A stretch of DNA of 64,000 nt from a virus (IMGVR_UViG_3300023263_000001:7896-71895); one strand, 5' to 3'; shown: positions 1 through 9,230, counted from the stretch's first letter. Numbers and translations: made by a program. Notes: generated from the letters alone by a model not told the origin.

Positions 1-970
1 GAACGTTCCGGTCGAAGCTGTAGCCGCTGACGTGGTAGTGGCCCTGCACCAGAATGGCTGGCTTCTCTCCGCCCTGAAAGCTCTCGACCATTTTCTGGCC
101 CTTGTAGCTTCGAGCATACGCGGAGCCGCCGCCCGGGTGCTGAATCTTCATGCGGTTGATGAACTCGCCGCACTTCAGCTCGACGTCGGCTTCTACGTGC
201 CCGATGTATTTCATGTCGAATCGCTGCAGCCGCTCGCAGACCATCTGCAAGTAGGCTCCGAAGTTGAAGCCCTCTTTTTGCCACCAGCCCTCGTGGTCAT
301 CGCCCGTGATGAAGTGCGTGGTGATTCCGTCCCTCTGTGGGTAGTTGCGAGCGCAGTAAAGGGCCTGACCGTCGATGCTGGTCTCGATGACGCTGGCCCC
401 GTTGATGCGCGGGATGTAGCCGTCGACGATGTTGCCCGCATGGAAAACGTCCTTGACGCCCTCCCGCTGAAAAAGGTCATACTGCGCGTGGAGAGCGTCG
501 AGGCGTTCTTCCCGACAGCAAAGGTGCGTGTCGGACACAAGCCCGATTTTGGTCCAAGCGTCGCCATCGAACACGTCGAGCGGGATATTCCCGAACTCCG
601 CCGGAATGGTTTTGGCGGCTTCAATCAAGGGGTCGACCGCTGGGGCAGTAGTGGCGCAGACCGCCGTGGGGTTTTCGGCGTTAACGTTTGAGGTGGTCCA
701 CGCTCCTCCCTCGACTATGGTGTTCCACGGGCTCCCCTTGGAGATGGCGTCCCCCACCTTCGACATCAATTGGGCGGACAGGGCTTTTCCGGCCGCATAC
801 GCCGGGTCCTTCATCCTCTCGGCTTCGAGTGCCGCGGCTCGGGCCAAACGCTGGCGCTGCCCGCGGATTGCGGCTTCACTCCGGTCCAAGGCCACAGCAC
901 AGAATTGATGTGTGTGGCTCGGGTCAGAAACGAGAGAGATGTCTTCAGCTGTCCAAGGGCGGCGGTTCAT
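1..970 (-). CDS. Calcineurin-like metallophosphoesterase with helical N-terminal extension (partial, runs off left edge)
   Basis: Manual minus-strand translation from ATG at 970 (MNRRPWTAEDISL...) stays open to the window edge; motifs GLVSDTH, HAGNIVDG, TGDDHE, KIQHPG, VQGHYH. Not in the supplied ORF track. Confidence 0.8.
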   Translation of the reverse strand, partial: MNRRPWTAEDISLVSDPSHTHQFCAVALDRSEAAIRGQRQRLARAAALEAERMKDPAYAAGKALSAQLMSKVGDAISKGSPWNTIVEGGAWTTSNVNAENPTAVCATTAPAVDPLIEAAKTIPAEFGNIPLDVFDGDAWTKIGLVSDTHLCCREERLDALHAQYDLFQREGVKDVFHAGNIVDGYIPRINGASVIETSIDGQALYCARNYPQRDGITTHFITGDDHEGWWQKEGFNFGAYLQMVCERLQRFDMKYIGHVEADVELKCGEFINRMKIQHPGGGSAYARSYKGQKMVESFQGGEKPAILVQGHYHVSGYSFDRNV

Positions 971-1589
971 TTTTGTTCTTGCGTTTGGGTTTGGTTTTTT
1001 CAAGGTTCTCTGCGACGGCTTCCGCCGCCATGATGATTTGTTCCTGCGAGGTCTTCGCAAAAGCGTCGTCGAAGGCCTGCATTGCGTCCGCGGGAGTTTT
1101 CCCGAGCCCGATGATTGCGTAGCCAGTGCGGTTGATGTCACCGTAGAAGCATATGAACTGCTCGCCGTCGTTCGCAATGGTCGGGTGGAACTGCACGGCT
1201 GGCCGGGCTGCGACTCTCAGGGCCGCGGCCTGTGCGGTTAGGTATTCGGCCTGCGCCTTGTAGGCCGAAGTGACGGCGTCGTAGATTTGGTCGTGCGCCG
1301 AGGTGTCCCAGCGCGACTTGTCCTCGAGGATTGAATCAATGCAAAGACACACGTTGTTGAAGGTCACGGCGGCGCTCGCGGCAACACCGCCCTCGATTTT
1401 CCGCGGCGTGAAATCCTCTTCGAGCTGGAAGAACGGCTTCGGGCACATCAAGAAGGGCTGCAGCACTTGGATGATTTGGTGCAGCGTGGCAAGCTGAACT
1501 TGGGTGAGGGCCTCTCGAGTTGGCACCACGGCTGACTGCTGTTGGTGAGCTCCGGCTATGCGCTTCTCTTTGTTATGGTCGTTGCCCAT
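945..1589 (-). CDS. Hypothetical protein, possible HicB-like C-terminal domain
   Basis: 214-aa ORF in operon; C-terminal FICFYGD...IIGLGKTPADAMQAFDDAF pattern. Confidence 0.5.
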   Translation of the reverse strand: MGNDHNKEKRIAGAHQQQSAVVPTREALTQVQLATLHQIIQVLQPFLMCPKPFFQLEEDFTPRKIEGGVAASAAVTFNNVCLCIDSILEDKSRWDTSAHDQIYDAVTSAYKAQAEYLTAQAAALRVAARPAVQFHPTIANDGEQFICFYGDINRTGYAIIGLGKTPADAMQAFDDAFAKTSQEQIIMAAEAVAENLEKTKPKRKNKNEPPPLDS

Positions 1590-2077
1590 TGTAGTAAGTG
1601 TAGCGCGTCGGCGCAGTTGTCGTCAACTATCGGAACGTTAGGGAAAAGTTTTTGTGCGGCCTCAATCATCCAGTCCTTGTCGGCCGCGCCGGAGCCGGTG
1701 GCCAGCTTCTTCAGGGTCTTCACGTTGATGCAGTCCGTCGAGATGCTGTGCCGATAGCAGAACAGCCACACGACGGCGCGGAAGCTGGACCACAGCTGCG
1801 TCTGCAGGGTGAAGCGGGAAAACTGGACGTCCTCGAACACCACAAAGTCCACGGGCATGCTTGCGCCCTCGGCGGGATGGGCTCGCCAGAACTCTTCCAG
1901 CTTGCGGTTGAGCGCGGGGATGCGGGGGTCGAGACGACGGTCAAGGCGCAGCTTGGCGGCGCGCTTCCGGGAGTCCTCGCTTTGCAGGGTCCAAGTGCCC
2001 GCGGTGATTCCGCCGCCTTGGTTACGGTAAGCCCAGCCGGTGTCAGAGCCCAAGTCAAGAGCGAGGATGGTTTTCAC
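1556..2077 (-). CDS. ruvC: RuvC-like Holliday junction resolvase
   Basis: GTG start overlapping the upstream TGA; ILALDLG, VVFEDV, LKKLATGSGAADK, DDNCADA catalytic motifs. Confidence 0.75.
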   Translation of the reverse strand: MKTILALDLGSDTGWAYRNQGGGITAGTWTLQSEDSRKRAAKLRLDRRLDPRIPALNRKLEEFWRAHPAEGASMPVDFVVFEDVQFSRFTLQTQLWSSFRAVVWLFCYRHSISTDCINVKTLKKLATGSGAADKDWMIEAAQKLFPNVPIVDDNCADALHLLQWATTITKRSA

Positions 2078-2775
2078 TTCTTCACGCCCTTCTTGAACGC
2101 TGCCCTCAGCTTCTCGATGATTTGCCCGTGCGTCTGGTGAATGGCCTGCCTGCTCACCTTCCGCGTGCGGGCGATGTCGGCCATGCTGACCTTCTCGTCG
2201 TAGATAAGCCGGAGCAGTTCTTTTTCCGCCGCCGTCAGCTTCACGCGGCACTTCTTCAGGAGCGAGAGGTTCAGCGTCTGCTCCTCCTGCTCCATCACGA
2301 CCTCGTCGGTGCTAGGAGCCAGCTCTGTGGCCGGGCGTTTCTGGTGATTGAGCGGCTTGAGCTCTCCGTCGCCGCGGTTGTCTTCGACGTAGCTCTGGAA
2401 GGTCGGGAAGGTGTCGGAGTGCGAGGACGGCGTGACCACGTTCTTGTCCTTCCACAGGCCCGCGATGGCTCCGCGAAGAAAAGGCATGAGGTATCGGGTG
2501 AAGCGGTTCCCGCGGCTCGGGTCGAAGCGGTCAATGGCGTTCATCAACGCGGCATTGACGGCAGAAATCACTTCGTCGTCCGGTAAACGGCCACGATTTT
2601 GGCGGCGAGCGAAGCGAGCTGCGTAAAGGAGATGATTTCGGATGAGGAATTCGCGAGCCTCCGCATCGCCTTTCTTTGCTTTGGTGAAAAGCTCAACCTC
2701 TTCTTCGGGAGTCGTGAGCTTGAAGCGGAGGTTTTCGTTTGCACGGTAGTAGTTATTGCTGTTCTCGCTGTTCAT
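2074..2775 (-). CDS. Phage-encoded sigma70-family RNA polymerase sigma factor
   Basis: Region 1.2/2 (PEEEVELFTKAKKGDAEAREFLIRNHL, LMNAIDRFDPSRGNRFTRY) and region 4 HTH (SMADIARTRKVSRQAIHQ). Confidence 0.85.
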   Translation of the reverse strand: MNSENSNNYYRANENLRFKLTTPEEEVELFTKAKKGDAEAREFLIRNHLLYAARFARRQNRGRLPDDEVISAVNAALMNAIDRFDPSRGNRFTRYLMPFLRGAIAGLWKDKNVVTPSSHSDTFPTFQSYVEDNRGDGELKPLNHQKRPATELAPSTDEVVMEQEEQTLNLSLLKKCRVKLTAAEKELLRLIYDEKVSMADIARTRKVSRQAIHQTHGQIIEKLRAAFKKGVKK

Positions 2776-5062
2776 TAGGTTTCTGGTATGGGCTGTCCGT
2801 CCGTTGCTCTGGCACATCCAGAACCGTCAGATTCTTGGGATAGTGGGTGCTGCGGTCGATTGCGTATGTGTGAACTCCAGCCGCGCCGGGCCTCTCTTCA
2901 ATCTTGAAGAGGTTGCCCTTGCTAAGCGTGTGAAGGTCGCGATTGAATTTTGGAAAGGGCATCTGTCGAAGGACTTCCGAGATGCCGGGCACTTGCTGAA
3001 ACTGTTGGTAGAGGTCCAGCGCGCACCCAACCCAGTTGTTGGCGTCAGCGTCGGTCTTCGTGAAATATTCGCGCATCCACACGATTAGAACCTGCGCGAG
3101 GGCCGAGGTCTTGCTGGACCGTTGGGCACTCTTCACCATTTCGGGGTTGTGATAGGCCTTGATGCCTCCGAAGCGGGCTTCGTCCTGCGTCGTTCCGACG
3201 CACTGCGGCGGGATTACGTAATCCAGCAGGAATCGGCAGAACCACGGAAGCTCGCGGGCGAGAATTTCATCCAGCTCTTTCTTGGGCGGGAAAACTTTCT
3301 TGGGAGACTGCGCCAAAAACATCATGACCTTGTCCTTCATGCTGGCGTCCATGTCGGGATGAATCTGAGAATCCGCGTCAAGGTTGCAGGTGACGTGAAT
3401 TCGAGCGGTGCATCCAATGACTCCGCCCACGCGGAACTTTTCGTTGCCCTCCCGCTCATTGTTAGCCGTGCCCTTCTTGATGTTTTCGCTGAAGCGGCGC
3501 AGCATCCGTTCGCTTTCGGTCACCGCGGTGTCATCGACAACATGCAGCCCGTAGTCGAAAAGCTGCGAGTTGAACTGAGTCTCTCCGAGCAGGTGCGCCG
3601 CTGCTTCGGCGAAGCCGCCGACGATGCCGCCGAGAATCCTGCGGCAACCAAAGGTCTTGCCGCAAGCCACGGGTCCGGCAATGTAAACGGCGTGCCCGAG
3701 CTGAAGGTCTCGGTGGTAACAGCCCTTGTAAAGGTAGCTGGCCCAGCTCAGGTAAAAGGGCAGCTGGTCAGGCGTGGCGAAGAAGTTGTCGTAGTATTCG
3801 GAAACCCACGGGAACTGCCCATCGGGACCCCAGACGGCGGTGCCGTTCGCAGGTGTCATGGCGTCGATGTTGTGCGTGTTGATATACCAGTCGTTGTTGA
3901 AAAAGATTTTGCCCTTCTTGAAGAAGGCAAAACTCTTCATGCCCTTCACGCGTTGCTGGTGGTGGATGTAGGCAATGGCGCCCTCGACCTCGGAGAACCT
4001 CTCGCCCTTTTTCTTGCTGACCTCGCGAGTCAGGCCGCGGTTCACGAGTAGCTCATTGATGACGTTGTCTTTGTTAAGAATGTCCCAGCGACCGCAGTCT
4101 CGTCTGACGCCGTAATCTTTTCCGTCGAAGTAGATGTCCTTGACGGCGCCCCCGATTCGATTTTCCTCGAAGCGCTTCACCCAGTCCGCGCCTAACAACT
4201 CATACCAAGAGTAGAAGGGCTTGCTCGCGTGATGCGCGAAGGTCCATATGCCGTTGTCCTGAACGATGGCGGAGGTCTTCGATTCCGAACCCTCCACCCA
4301 GAATGTGGGGCCTTGCGTGCCGGGGGCGAAGTCGCCTTCCCACTCCTTGAAGCGGGGATACTGCGTGGCGGACAGTTCGCGAAAGCGCTCCTCAACCATC
4401 TTCGGTGGAATCTTGCAGCCGGGCTCGTTGTCCTTGAAGTTGTAAGCCCGCACCATCTTCACCAGCCAGCCGGAGAGCAGGCCCCAAGGCACCGGGGTCG
4501 TGTGGATTTGTTTCCACTCGGACCCGAGCTGATAATAGCGCGAGGGCTCCATGTAGCCCTTGTCCAGATTGCTCAGTTGGTGAATCGGAAGAAACTCGTG
4601 CAGACTTTTCAGAATGAAGCAAGCAAAGGTGCGCGAGGAAAACATGATGGGCCGCTCGAAAATCCAGACCAGCCGCCAATTACCGGACAGGGAGCGCTCG
4701 ACCCAGTTCGGCTTGATGTCCATGCGAGCGATTGCATTCTCGATTTCCAGCTCGGTGAACTTTGCGTCGTAGTCACCCGGGAAGCTCGTCATTTCGATGG
4801 GGTAGTTTGCGTTGTCCTTTCCGCCGGACTCGGACACGCGCCCGTTCTCGTTGACGCCCACGAAGCCGGAGTAGAAGCAGTAATTGGTCGATGGCTCGTT
4901 GGCCCAAGCGATGCGGGCGCCCTTGTCGGCGATGCAATTCTCGGGGACCTTGTCAACCTTATTCAGCAGTTCCCACGGATTTCCTTCAAACGTTTCAGAC
5001 GAGGAGAGATTCTTAAGATATCGCACAGGATAAGAGTATCTCGGGTTATGGCTTCCCGTCAA
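2753..5062 (-). CDS. Primase-helicase (C-terminal SF3/DUF5906-like P-loop ATPase)
   Basis: 769 aa; Walker A GPVACGKT, Walker B HVVDD, FNSQL and HVTCN motifs; next to PolA. Confidence 0.7.
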   Translation of the reverse strand: MTGSHNPRYSYPVRYLKNLSSSETFEGNPWELLNKVDKVPENCIADKGARIAWANEPSTNYCFYSGFVGVNENGRVSESGGKDNANYPIEMTSFPGDYDAKFTELEIENAIARMDIKPNWVERSLSGNWRLVWIFERPIMFSSRTFACFILKSLHEFLPIHQLSNLDKGYMEPSRYYQLGSEWKQIHTTPVPWGLLSGWLVKMVRAYNFKDNEPGCKIPPKMVEERFRELSATQYPRFKEWEGDFAPGTQGPTFWVEGSESKTSAIVQDNGIWTFAHHASKPFYSWYELLGADWVKRFEENRIGGAVKDIYFDGKDYGVRRDCGRWDILNKDNVINELLVNRGLTREVSKKKGERFSEVEGAIAYIHHQQRVKGMKSFAFFKKGKIFFNNDWYINTHNIDAMTPANGTAVWGPDGQFPWVSEYYDNFFATPDQLPFYLSWASYLYKGCYHRDLQLGHAVYIAGPVACGKTFGCRRILGGIVGGFAEAAAHLLGETQFNSQLFDYGLHVVDDTAVTESERMLRRFSENIKKGTANNEREGNEKFRVGGVIGCTARIHVTCNLDADSQIHPDMDASMKDKVMMFLAQSPKKVFPPKKELDEILARELPWFCRFLLDYVIPPQCVGTTQDEARFGGIKAYHNPEMVKSAQRSSKTSALAQVLIVWMREYFTKTDADANNWVGCALDLYQQFQQVPGISEVLRQMPFPKFNRDLHTLSKGNLFKIEERPGAAGVHTYAIDRSTHYPKNLTVLDVPEQRTDSPYQKPNEQREQQ

Positions 5063-5399
5063 CCGGGGGTCGGTCTTTTCGACACAGACAGGGTAGCATG
5101 ATGCCGTCCCTCTTGGGGTCGCAGCACGGCTCCGGCAGACAGCCTTGACGTGTTAGAACGTGTGTGGCCCATCGGTTGTGCGATTCGCACCACCACCATT
5201 TTTTGAAGTCTAAAACTCGAAAATACTGTGGCCCTGTGTCGGGCGAGGGTTCCAATGCAAGCAAGACCGCCTCTTGGTTAGAAATCTCCACGCCACAGGC
5301 AGGTCGGCACTCCCAGATGCCCTTCACGCCCTTCTCATTCACCCGGTGGAAGTAACCGCCGCATTCATCGAGCGAGCATCCGCAAAGTCGGCAATTCAT
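5046..5399 (-). CDS. Small Cys-rich hypothetical protein
   Basis: CRLCGC, CRPAC, WCESH, LCRK; fills the gap between pol and primase. Confidence 0.5.
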   Translation of the reverse strand: MNCRLCGCSLDECGGYFHRVNEKGVKGIWECRPACGVEISNQEAVLLALEPSPDTGPQYFRVLDFKKWWWCESHNRWATHVLTRQGCLPEPCCDPKRDGIMLPCLCRKDRPPVDGKP

Positions 5400-5402
5400 A
5401 GG

Positions 5403-7412
5403 TCACTTGAGATAATGTGGGACTTCCTTCGCCTCCGCCGCAATCGGGCAGCCCTTGAGCCACTCGGGGCACTGGGACATGACGTGCTCGACGTCCTTCG
5501 CCGTGACCGACTGGTCCACCTCGTTGATGGCTTCGTCGTGCGCCGAAAAAAGCACCGCACCGTCGCCAAACTCTCTATCCAAGGCTAGGCAATGTTCACC
5601 AAACACGTCACGCGCAATCGCCTGAATCATATTTTCCGTGAGCATGCCGCCGTAGTAGGCGATGCGAACAAGGCGCCCCAGCTTAATCCCCTCGGCGCGG
5701 CACTGAAGACGATTTCGCCACTGGTCCTTTTCCTCGTCATACACCTTGGTCCACTCTTGGGCAACCTTGCGATACGTTAGCGCACGGCCGGAAGGAAGAC
5801 CGATGGAAAACTCTCCATCTAGCACCGAATTCTTGAATGCCTTGTCGAGGTGCTTCCACAGCCCCACAATCTTCGGGTTGTTGGCGCGGAACTCCGCCAC
5901 GCACTTCTTCGAGAAACGTCCGTAGCCCGACTCCATCTTGGGCGTTCCGTCCTTCTCGAGCATGGGTTCTCCTTCGTCGTTCAACAGTGGGATGAACTCC
6001 GGGTCGTCCTTGGTGATGTCAATGCCCGCATTCGTTTGAGCCATCTGGATGAACTTTTCCCAAGCGGCTTGGTAGCCAAGACTGAGCACCTGCGCCTTGC
6101 TGAGCGCGTAGCGGTCCTTGTCCTGTTTTTTCAGTTCGCCGCCGGTCCAGCCCATGTGCTGGCGAGCGAAGGCTTCATAGGGACTTTGCCCCGCCGCCAT
6201 CATGTCGAGGAGCTCTTGGTTGCCGGTGACCCAAGCCAAGCAGCGCGGCTCAATCTGGGAGAGGTCCGCGACAATCATTTTCTTTCCGGCCCGCGGAATA
6301 ATCAGGGAGCGGATGTCGAGGGCGGCGGTCACCCAACTGGGGAGCTTGCCCTCCTTGTAGAGGCTGTATTCAATCTCCTTAAGGCGGTCGGGCTCGGTGA
6401 CGAGAAAACCTTTGTCATCGCGATACAGCGGTTCCTTGCGGAAGTTCTGGAAGTTGATGCCGCCGTCGCCGGACCATCGGCCCGTGTGCGCTCCGAAATA
6501 CTTCAGGCGAAACTGGAGGATGCCGTCCGGGGTCAGGCGTTCCTTGATGGTCTCGAGGTCACCCAAAAATTTGTTGATGGAGCGACGCTTGGCGACGTTG
6601 GCCACCCACTCGAACCGCGGAGAGTAGAGTGCTTCCCACTCGTCGAAGGCTTCCTCGCCCTCGTGGGCCTTCACTGGCGGCGAGGGAATGCCTTCCTTGC
6701 GGCAGCGCTCCGCAATCGCAATGGTCGACGTGGGCTTGAAGCCCTCCTTAATCCAAGGCAGCGTGTTCTCGCAGTCGAGGAGCATCGTGTGCGCCGTCTT
6801 GATGTAGTCGGTGAGCTTCTCGACGTCGATTTGCACCCCGCGCTTTCCCTGTCGACTCGTCTGCCGGGCTAACGCCCTTTCGAACTCCGGCCACTTGTCT
6901 CCGTGCTTGACCCACAGCTCGCGAGTTGTGACGGCGTCACGTCGGCCATACTTCAGCATTTCCGGCCAGAGCCCGTCGGCCTTCATCATGTCCGGCGTCT
7001 TGCCATTCGCTTTGTCACGCACGGTCTTGTCCAGCTCGACGCCTAACAAAAACTTGGCGGCTTCATCGAGGCTCCGTCGGTTACAGAGGTAGGCCGACAT
7101 GTTCGCCGTGCAGAACCAGTCCTTGGGGAAAATCTTGGGGGCAATGCCGAGCTCGACGTTGCGTTCATACACCCCGCTGTCGAAGTGTTCGTTGTGAGAG
7201 ACCAGCGTGTGCCCGTCCAGAGAGTTCCAATTGAAGTCCCGCGGGTGCCCGGCCCAAGTCTGCGTGTCATCGGCCACGGTTATCAGGTAATTGTCGAACC
7301 GCGGGCTGTGCATGTATTGGTAGTCCCCCATTTCGGTGATGGAGTAACCGCCGCCCTTCTTGGCCTTGTGGTAGAAAGTCTCTGTGTCGAATCCAATGAT
7401 GCGGTGGGACAT
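5403..7412 (-). CDS. polA: DNA polymerase family A with 3'-5' exonuclease
   Basis: Exo motifs GFDTET, HNEHFD, YGRRD; pol motif A ADLSQIEPR, motif B KAQVLSLGY, motif C HDEA; ATG at 7412. Confidence 0.95.
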   Translation of the reverse strand: MSHRIIGFDTETFYHKAKKGGGYSITEMGDYQYMHSPRFDNYLITVADDTQTWAGHPRDFNWNSLDGHTLVSHNEHFDSGVYERNVELGIAPKIFPKDWFCTANMSAYLCNRRSLDEAAKFLLGVELDKTVRDKANGKTPDMMKADGLWPEMLKYGRRDAVTTRELWVKHGDKWPEFERALARQTSRQGKRGVQIDVEKLTDYIKTAHTMLLDCENTLPWIKEGFKPTSTIAIAERCRKEGIPSPPVKAHEGEEAFDEWEALYSPRFEWVANVAKRRSINKFLGDLETIKERLTPDGILQFRLKYFGAHTGRWSGDGGINFQNFRKEPLYRDDKGFLVTEPDRLKEIEYSLYKEGKLPSWVTAALDIRSLIIPRAGKKMIVADLSQIEPRCLAWVTGNQELLDMMAAGQSPYEAFARQHMGWTGGELKKQDKDRYALSKAQVLSLGYQAAWEKFIQMAQTNAGIDITKDDPEFIPLLNDEGEPMLEKDGTPKMESGYGRFSKKCVAEFRANNPKIVGLWKHLDKAFKNSVLDGEFSIGLPSGRALTYRKVAQEWTKVYDEEKDQWRNRLQCRAEGIKLGRLVRIAYYGGMLTENMIQAIARDVFGEHCLALDREFGDGAVLFSAHDEAINEVDQSVTAKDVEHVMSQCPEWLKGCPIAAEAKEVPHYLK

Positions 7413-7416
7413 ATTT

Positions 7417-7590
7417 TTATCGGTCTGGACCGTCGCTGTAAGCGCAGAGCCAGCCAACCAGTAGCGACATAGCCACAATCGCCGTGACCACGAACCCAAA
7501 CGCCTTGGCCGCGATGGCGAAAATACCCCCGAGACAAAGAATGAATGGCACTATCAAAAGGCCCAGTAAGAATCGTTGGAGTCGGCTCAC
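7417..7590 (-). CDS. Small two-helix membrane protein
   Basis: GTG start overlapping the upstream TGA; two hydrophobic segments. Confidence 0.4.
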   Translation of the reverse strand: MSRLQRFLLGLLIVPFILCLGGIFAIAAKAFGFVVTAIVAMSLLVGWLCAYSDGPDR

Positions 7591-7928
7591 AGCGTGATGC
7601 CGCAGGACGGCGTTGACTGCACCTTGTTGCGGATGATTTTTCGGATGGCTGCCTCGAGGCGTTTGTGCGCGCACTCCGCGGCGTATCCGGTGATTAAGCG
7701 CAAATCATTTTCAGTCGCGTGAGGGGCCGGGTAAAGGGGCTCGCGGACCTTGCTTTCGATTTGCCGAATGAGACAGTCAACCTCGGCTTCGATATCGTCA
7801 AGGAACTCTTGCGAGACCCTTTTGAACTTACCCGCACGATTCACTTTGGAATACATGAGAGCATGTTCTTTGACGTTGCTGGCGACGGTGAGGTTGGTTC
7901 TTTGGTTGTTTTGTTTGTCGTTGTTCAT
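7587..7928 (-). CDS. Candidate prokaryotic/phage histone-fold protein
   Basis: LTVASNVKEHAL...KFKRVSQEFLDDIEAEVDCLIRQI resembles alpha1-L1-alpha2 of bacterial DUF1931-type histones; C-terminal IRNKVQSTPSCGITL. Confidence 0.55.
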   Translation of the reverse strand: MNNDKQNNQRTNLTVASNVKEHALMYSKVNRAGKFKRVSQEFLDDIEAEVDCLIRQIESKVREPLYPAPHATENDLRLITGYAAECAHKRLEAAIRKIIRNKVQSTPSCGITL

Positions 7929-7949
7929 AAATTGGAAGCTGCAAAAGAC

Positions 7950-8120
7950 CCTCTCACGACTAACTCCTCCTGAGCATGAGATTTCTGTGTGGTGTTACTG
8001 GCTCCACTGGTCAGTAGGCGGGAGCCACAGCTATTACAAGGAAAAAGGCCCGGCGGATGGTATGCCAAGTGCGCTTTCGCGCAATGTCGGCCACATTTTC
8101 CTAATGCCGGGAAAGTCATT
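7950..8120 (-). ncRNA. Structured RNA or leader upstream of the histone-like gene
   Basis: On the minus strand: CCCGGC/GCCGGG stem enclosing TGCGC-GAAA-GCGCA followed by a U tract; CTGTG-GCTCC/GGAGC-CACAG stem; TCTCATG/CGTGAGA stem; downstream of a sigma70-type promoter. Confidence 0.45.
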
Positions 8121-8298
8121 GTGGTATTCTCGCACAGCAACCTGTCGGTGTCAAATCGAGCGCCAGCAAGCAGGCCGCTTCCATCTCGTCGCGTCGTCGC
8201 TCCCACTCTCGTCGCACCTCGGAGGTCTGGTTGAAGTCCAGAGCCATCTGCCACGCCTCCTTGTAGTTTATCCAAGCTGCGAGGGCAAGAGAGTTCAT
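8116..8298 (-). CDS. Small hypothetical protein
   Basis: ATG after terminator U tract; MNSLALAAWINYKEAWQ... Confidence 0.4.
   Translation of the reverse strand: MNSLALAAWINYKEAWQMALDFNQTSEVRREWERRRDEMEAACLLALDLTPTGCCARIPQ
8126..8154 (-). promoter_or_regulatory. sigma70-type promoter
   Basis: TTGACA-17-GAGAAT with TG extension. Confidence 0.6.
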
Positions 8299-8345
8299 AA
8301 AAAGAGGGCGCGAGAATGGAGAAACAACAAACCACTCTCGCGCCC
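8299..8345 (-). terminator. Intrinsic terminator
   Basis: GGGCGCGAGA/TCTCGCGCCC stem followed by TCTTTTT. Confidence 0.6.
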
Positions 8346-8359
8346 GAGGCAAACGGGTT

Positions 8360-9199
8360 CTAGCTGCCCGTAATCTGTTTGATGAAGGCCCGGAAGGTGT
8401 CCGAGGTCTTGACTCCGGCCTTGAGCACCGGCACGTAGGCCGAGTTGCCCGTCCCATAAATCTTCAGCTTGGTGCCGAAGGTGTAGGTGAATGACGAGTA
8501 ACCGCCCGCGGCGAGATGCCCGTTCTTCTTGTCGCTGCGGATGACGCAGGCGCCTTCAGTGAAGAGACCGCCCTTCATGTCCATCGTGGCGAGCGCATAC
8601 TGCTTGTCCTCGCACAGGAACGGAAAAAGAATCCGGTCCGGGTCAGCGACGTCGTTCGGCTTCTGCACCAAGAACAGTGCGGTCGCCAGCGTCTTGAATT
8701 CCTTGGAGGGAATCCCAGCGGCTTTCTTTTCCTTGTGCTCCTTGGAGTTCAAGGTGCCGTTGACCTTCGCCAACTCGGCGAGGCTGTTGCAGAACAGGCC
8801 CTGCTCGTCGCCTCCGTAGGGAACCACTTCGGTGTAGCGGTCCTTGCGGAATCCGATGCACACGATGGTGACCGGCTCGCTGCCAGCCTTCAGCAAGGAA
8901 CCGTCCTTGATGACCGGCGGCGTGTAAATCGCCACTTGGTCCTTGAACACGATTTCACCCAGAGCGAAGGCAACCGCGAGGCTGCTGGACTTCTGGACGA
9001 CCTTGAGCTTCGGGAACTTGATGCCATCGAAGCCGAGGTTCTCCTCGTTGTAGGGGAAAGCAGGGGCGGGAGCCGCTACGTCGTAGGAGACGGGGTTGCC
9101 GTGCTCGTCGCACTGGACGGGCTTGGCAGGCTGTTCCGGGGCGATAGGTTCCGTAGCGTCTACGGGCACACCGGGTTTGGAGAAGTTTACGTTACTCAT
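8360..9199 (-). CDS. Putative ssDNA-binding/annealing protein
   Basis: 279 aa between nuclease and polymerase; FPKLKVVQKSS and aromatic beta-rich pattern; mainly positional inference. Confidence 0.4.
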   Translation of the reverse strand: MSNVNFSKPGVPVDATEPIAPEQPAKPVQCDEHGNPVSYDVAAPAPAFPYNEENLGFDGIKFPKLKVVQKSSSLAVAFALGEIVFKDQVAIYTPPVIKDGSLLKAGSEPVTIVCIGFRKDRYTEVVPYGGDEQGLFCNSLAELAKVNGTLNSKEHKEKKAAGIPSKEFKTLATALFLVQKPNDVADPDRILFPFLCEDKQYALATMDMKGGLFTEGACVIRSDKKNGHLAAGGYSSFTYTFGTKLKIYGTGNSAYVPVLKAGVKTSDTFRAFIKQITGS

Positions 9200-9230
9200 G
9201 TTTGGTTTTTGGTTTTGGTTGTCTTGTCTA

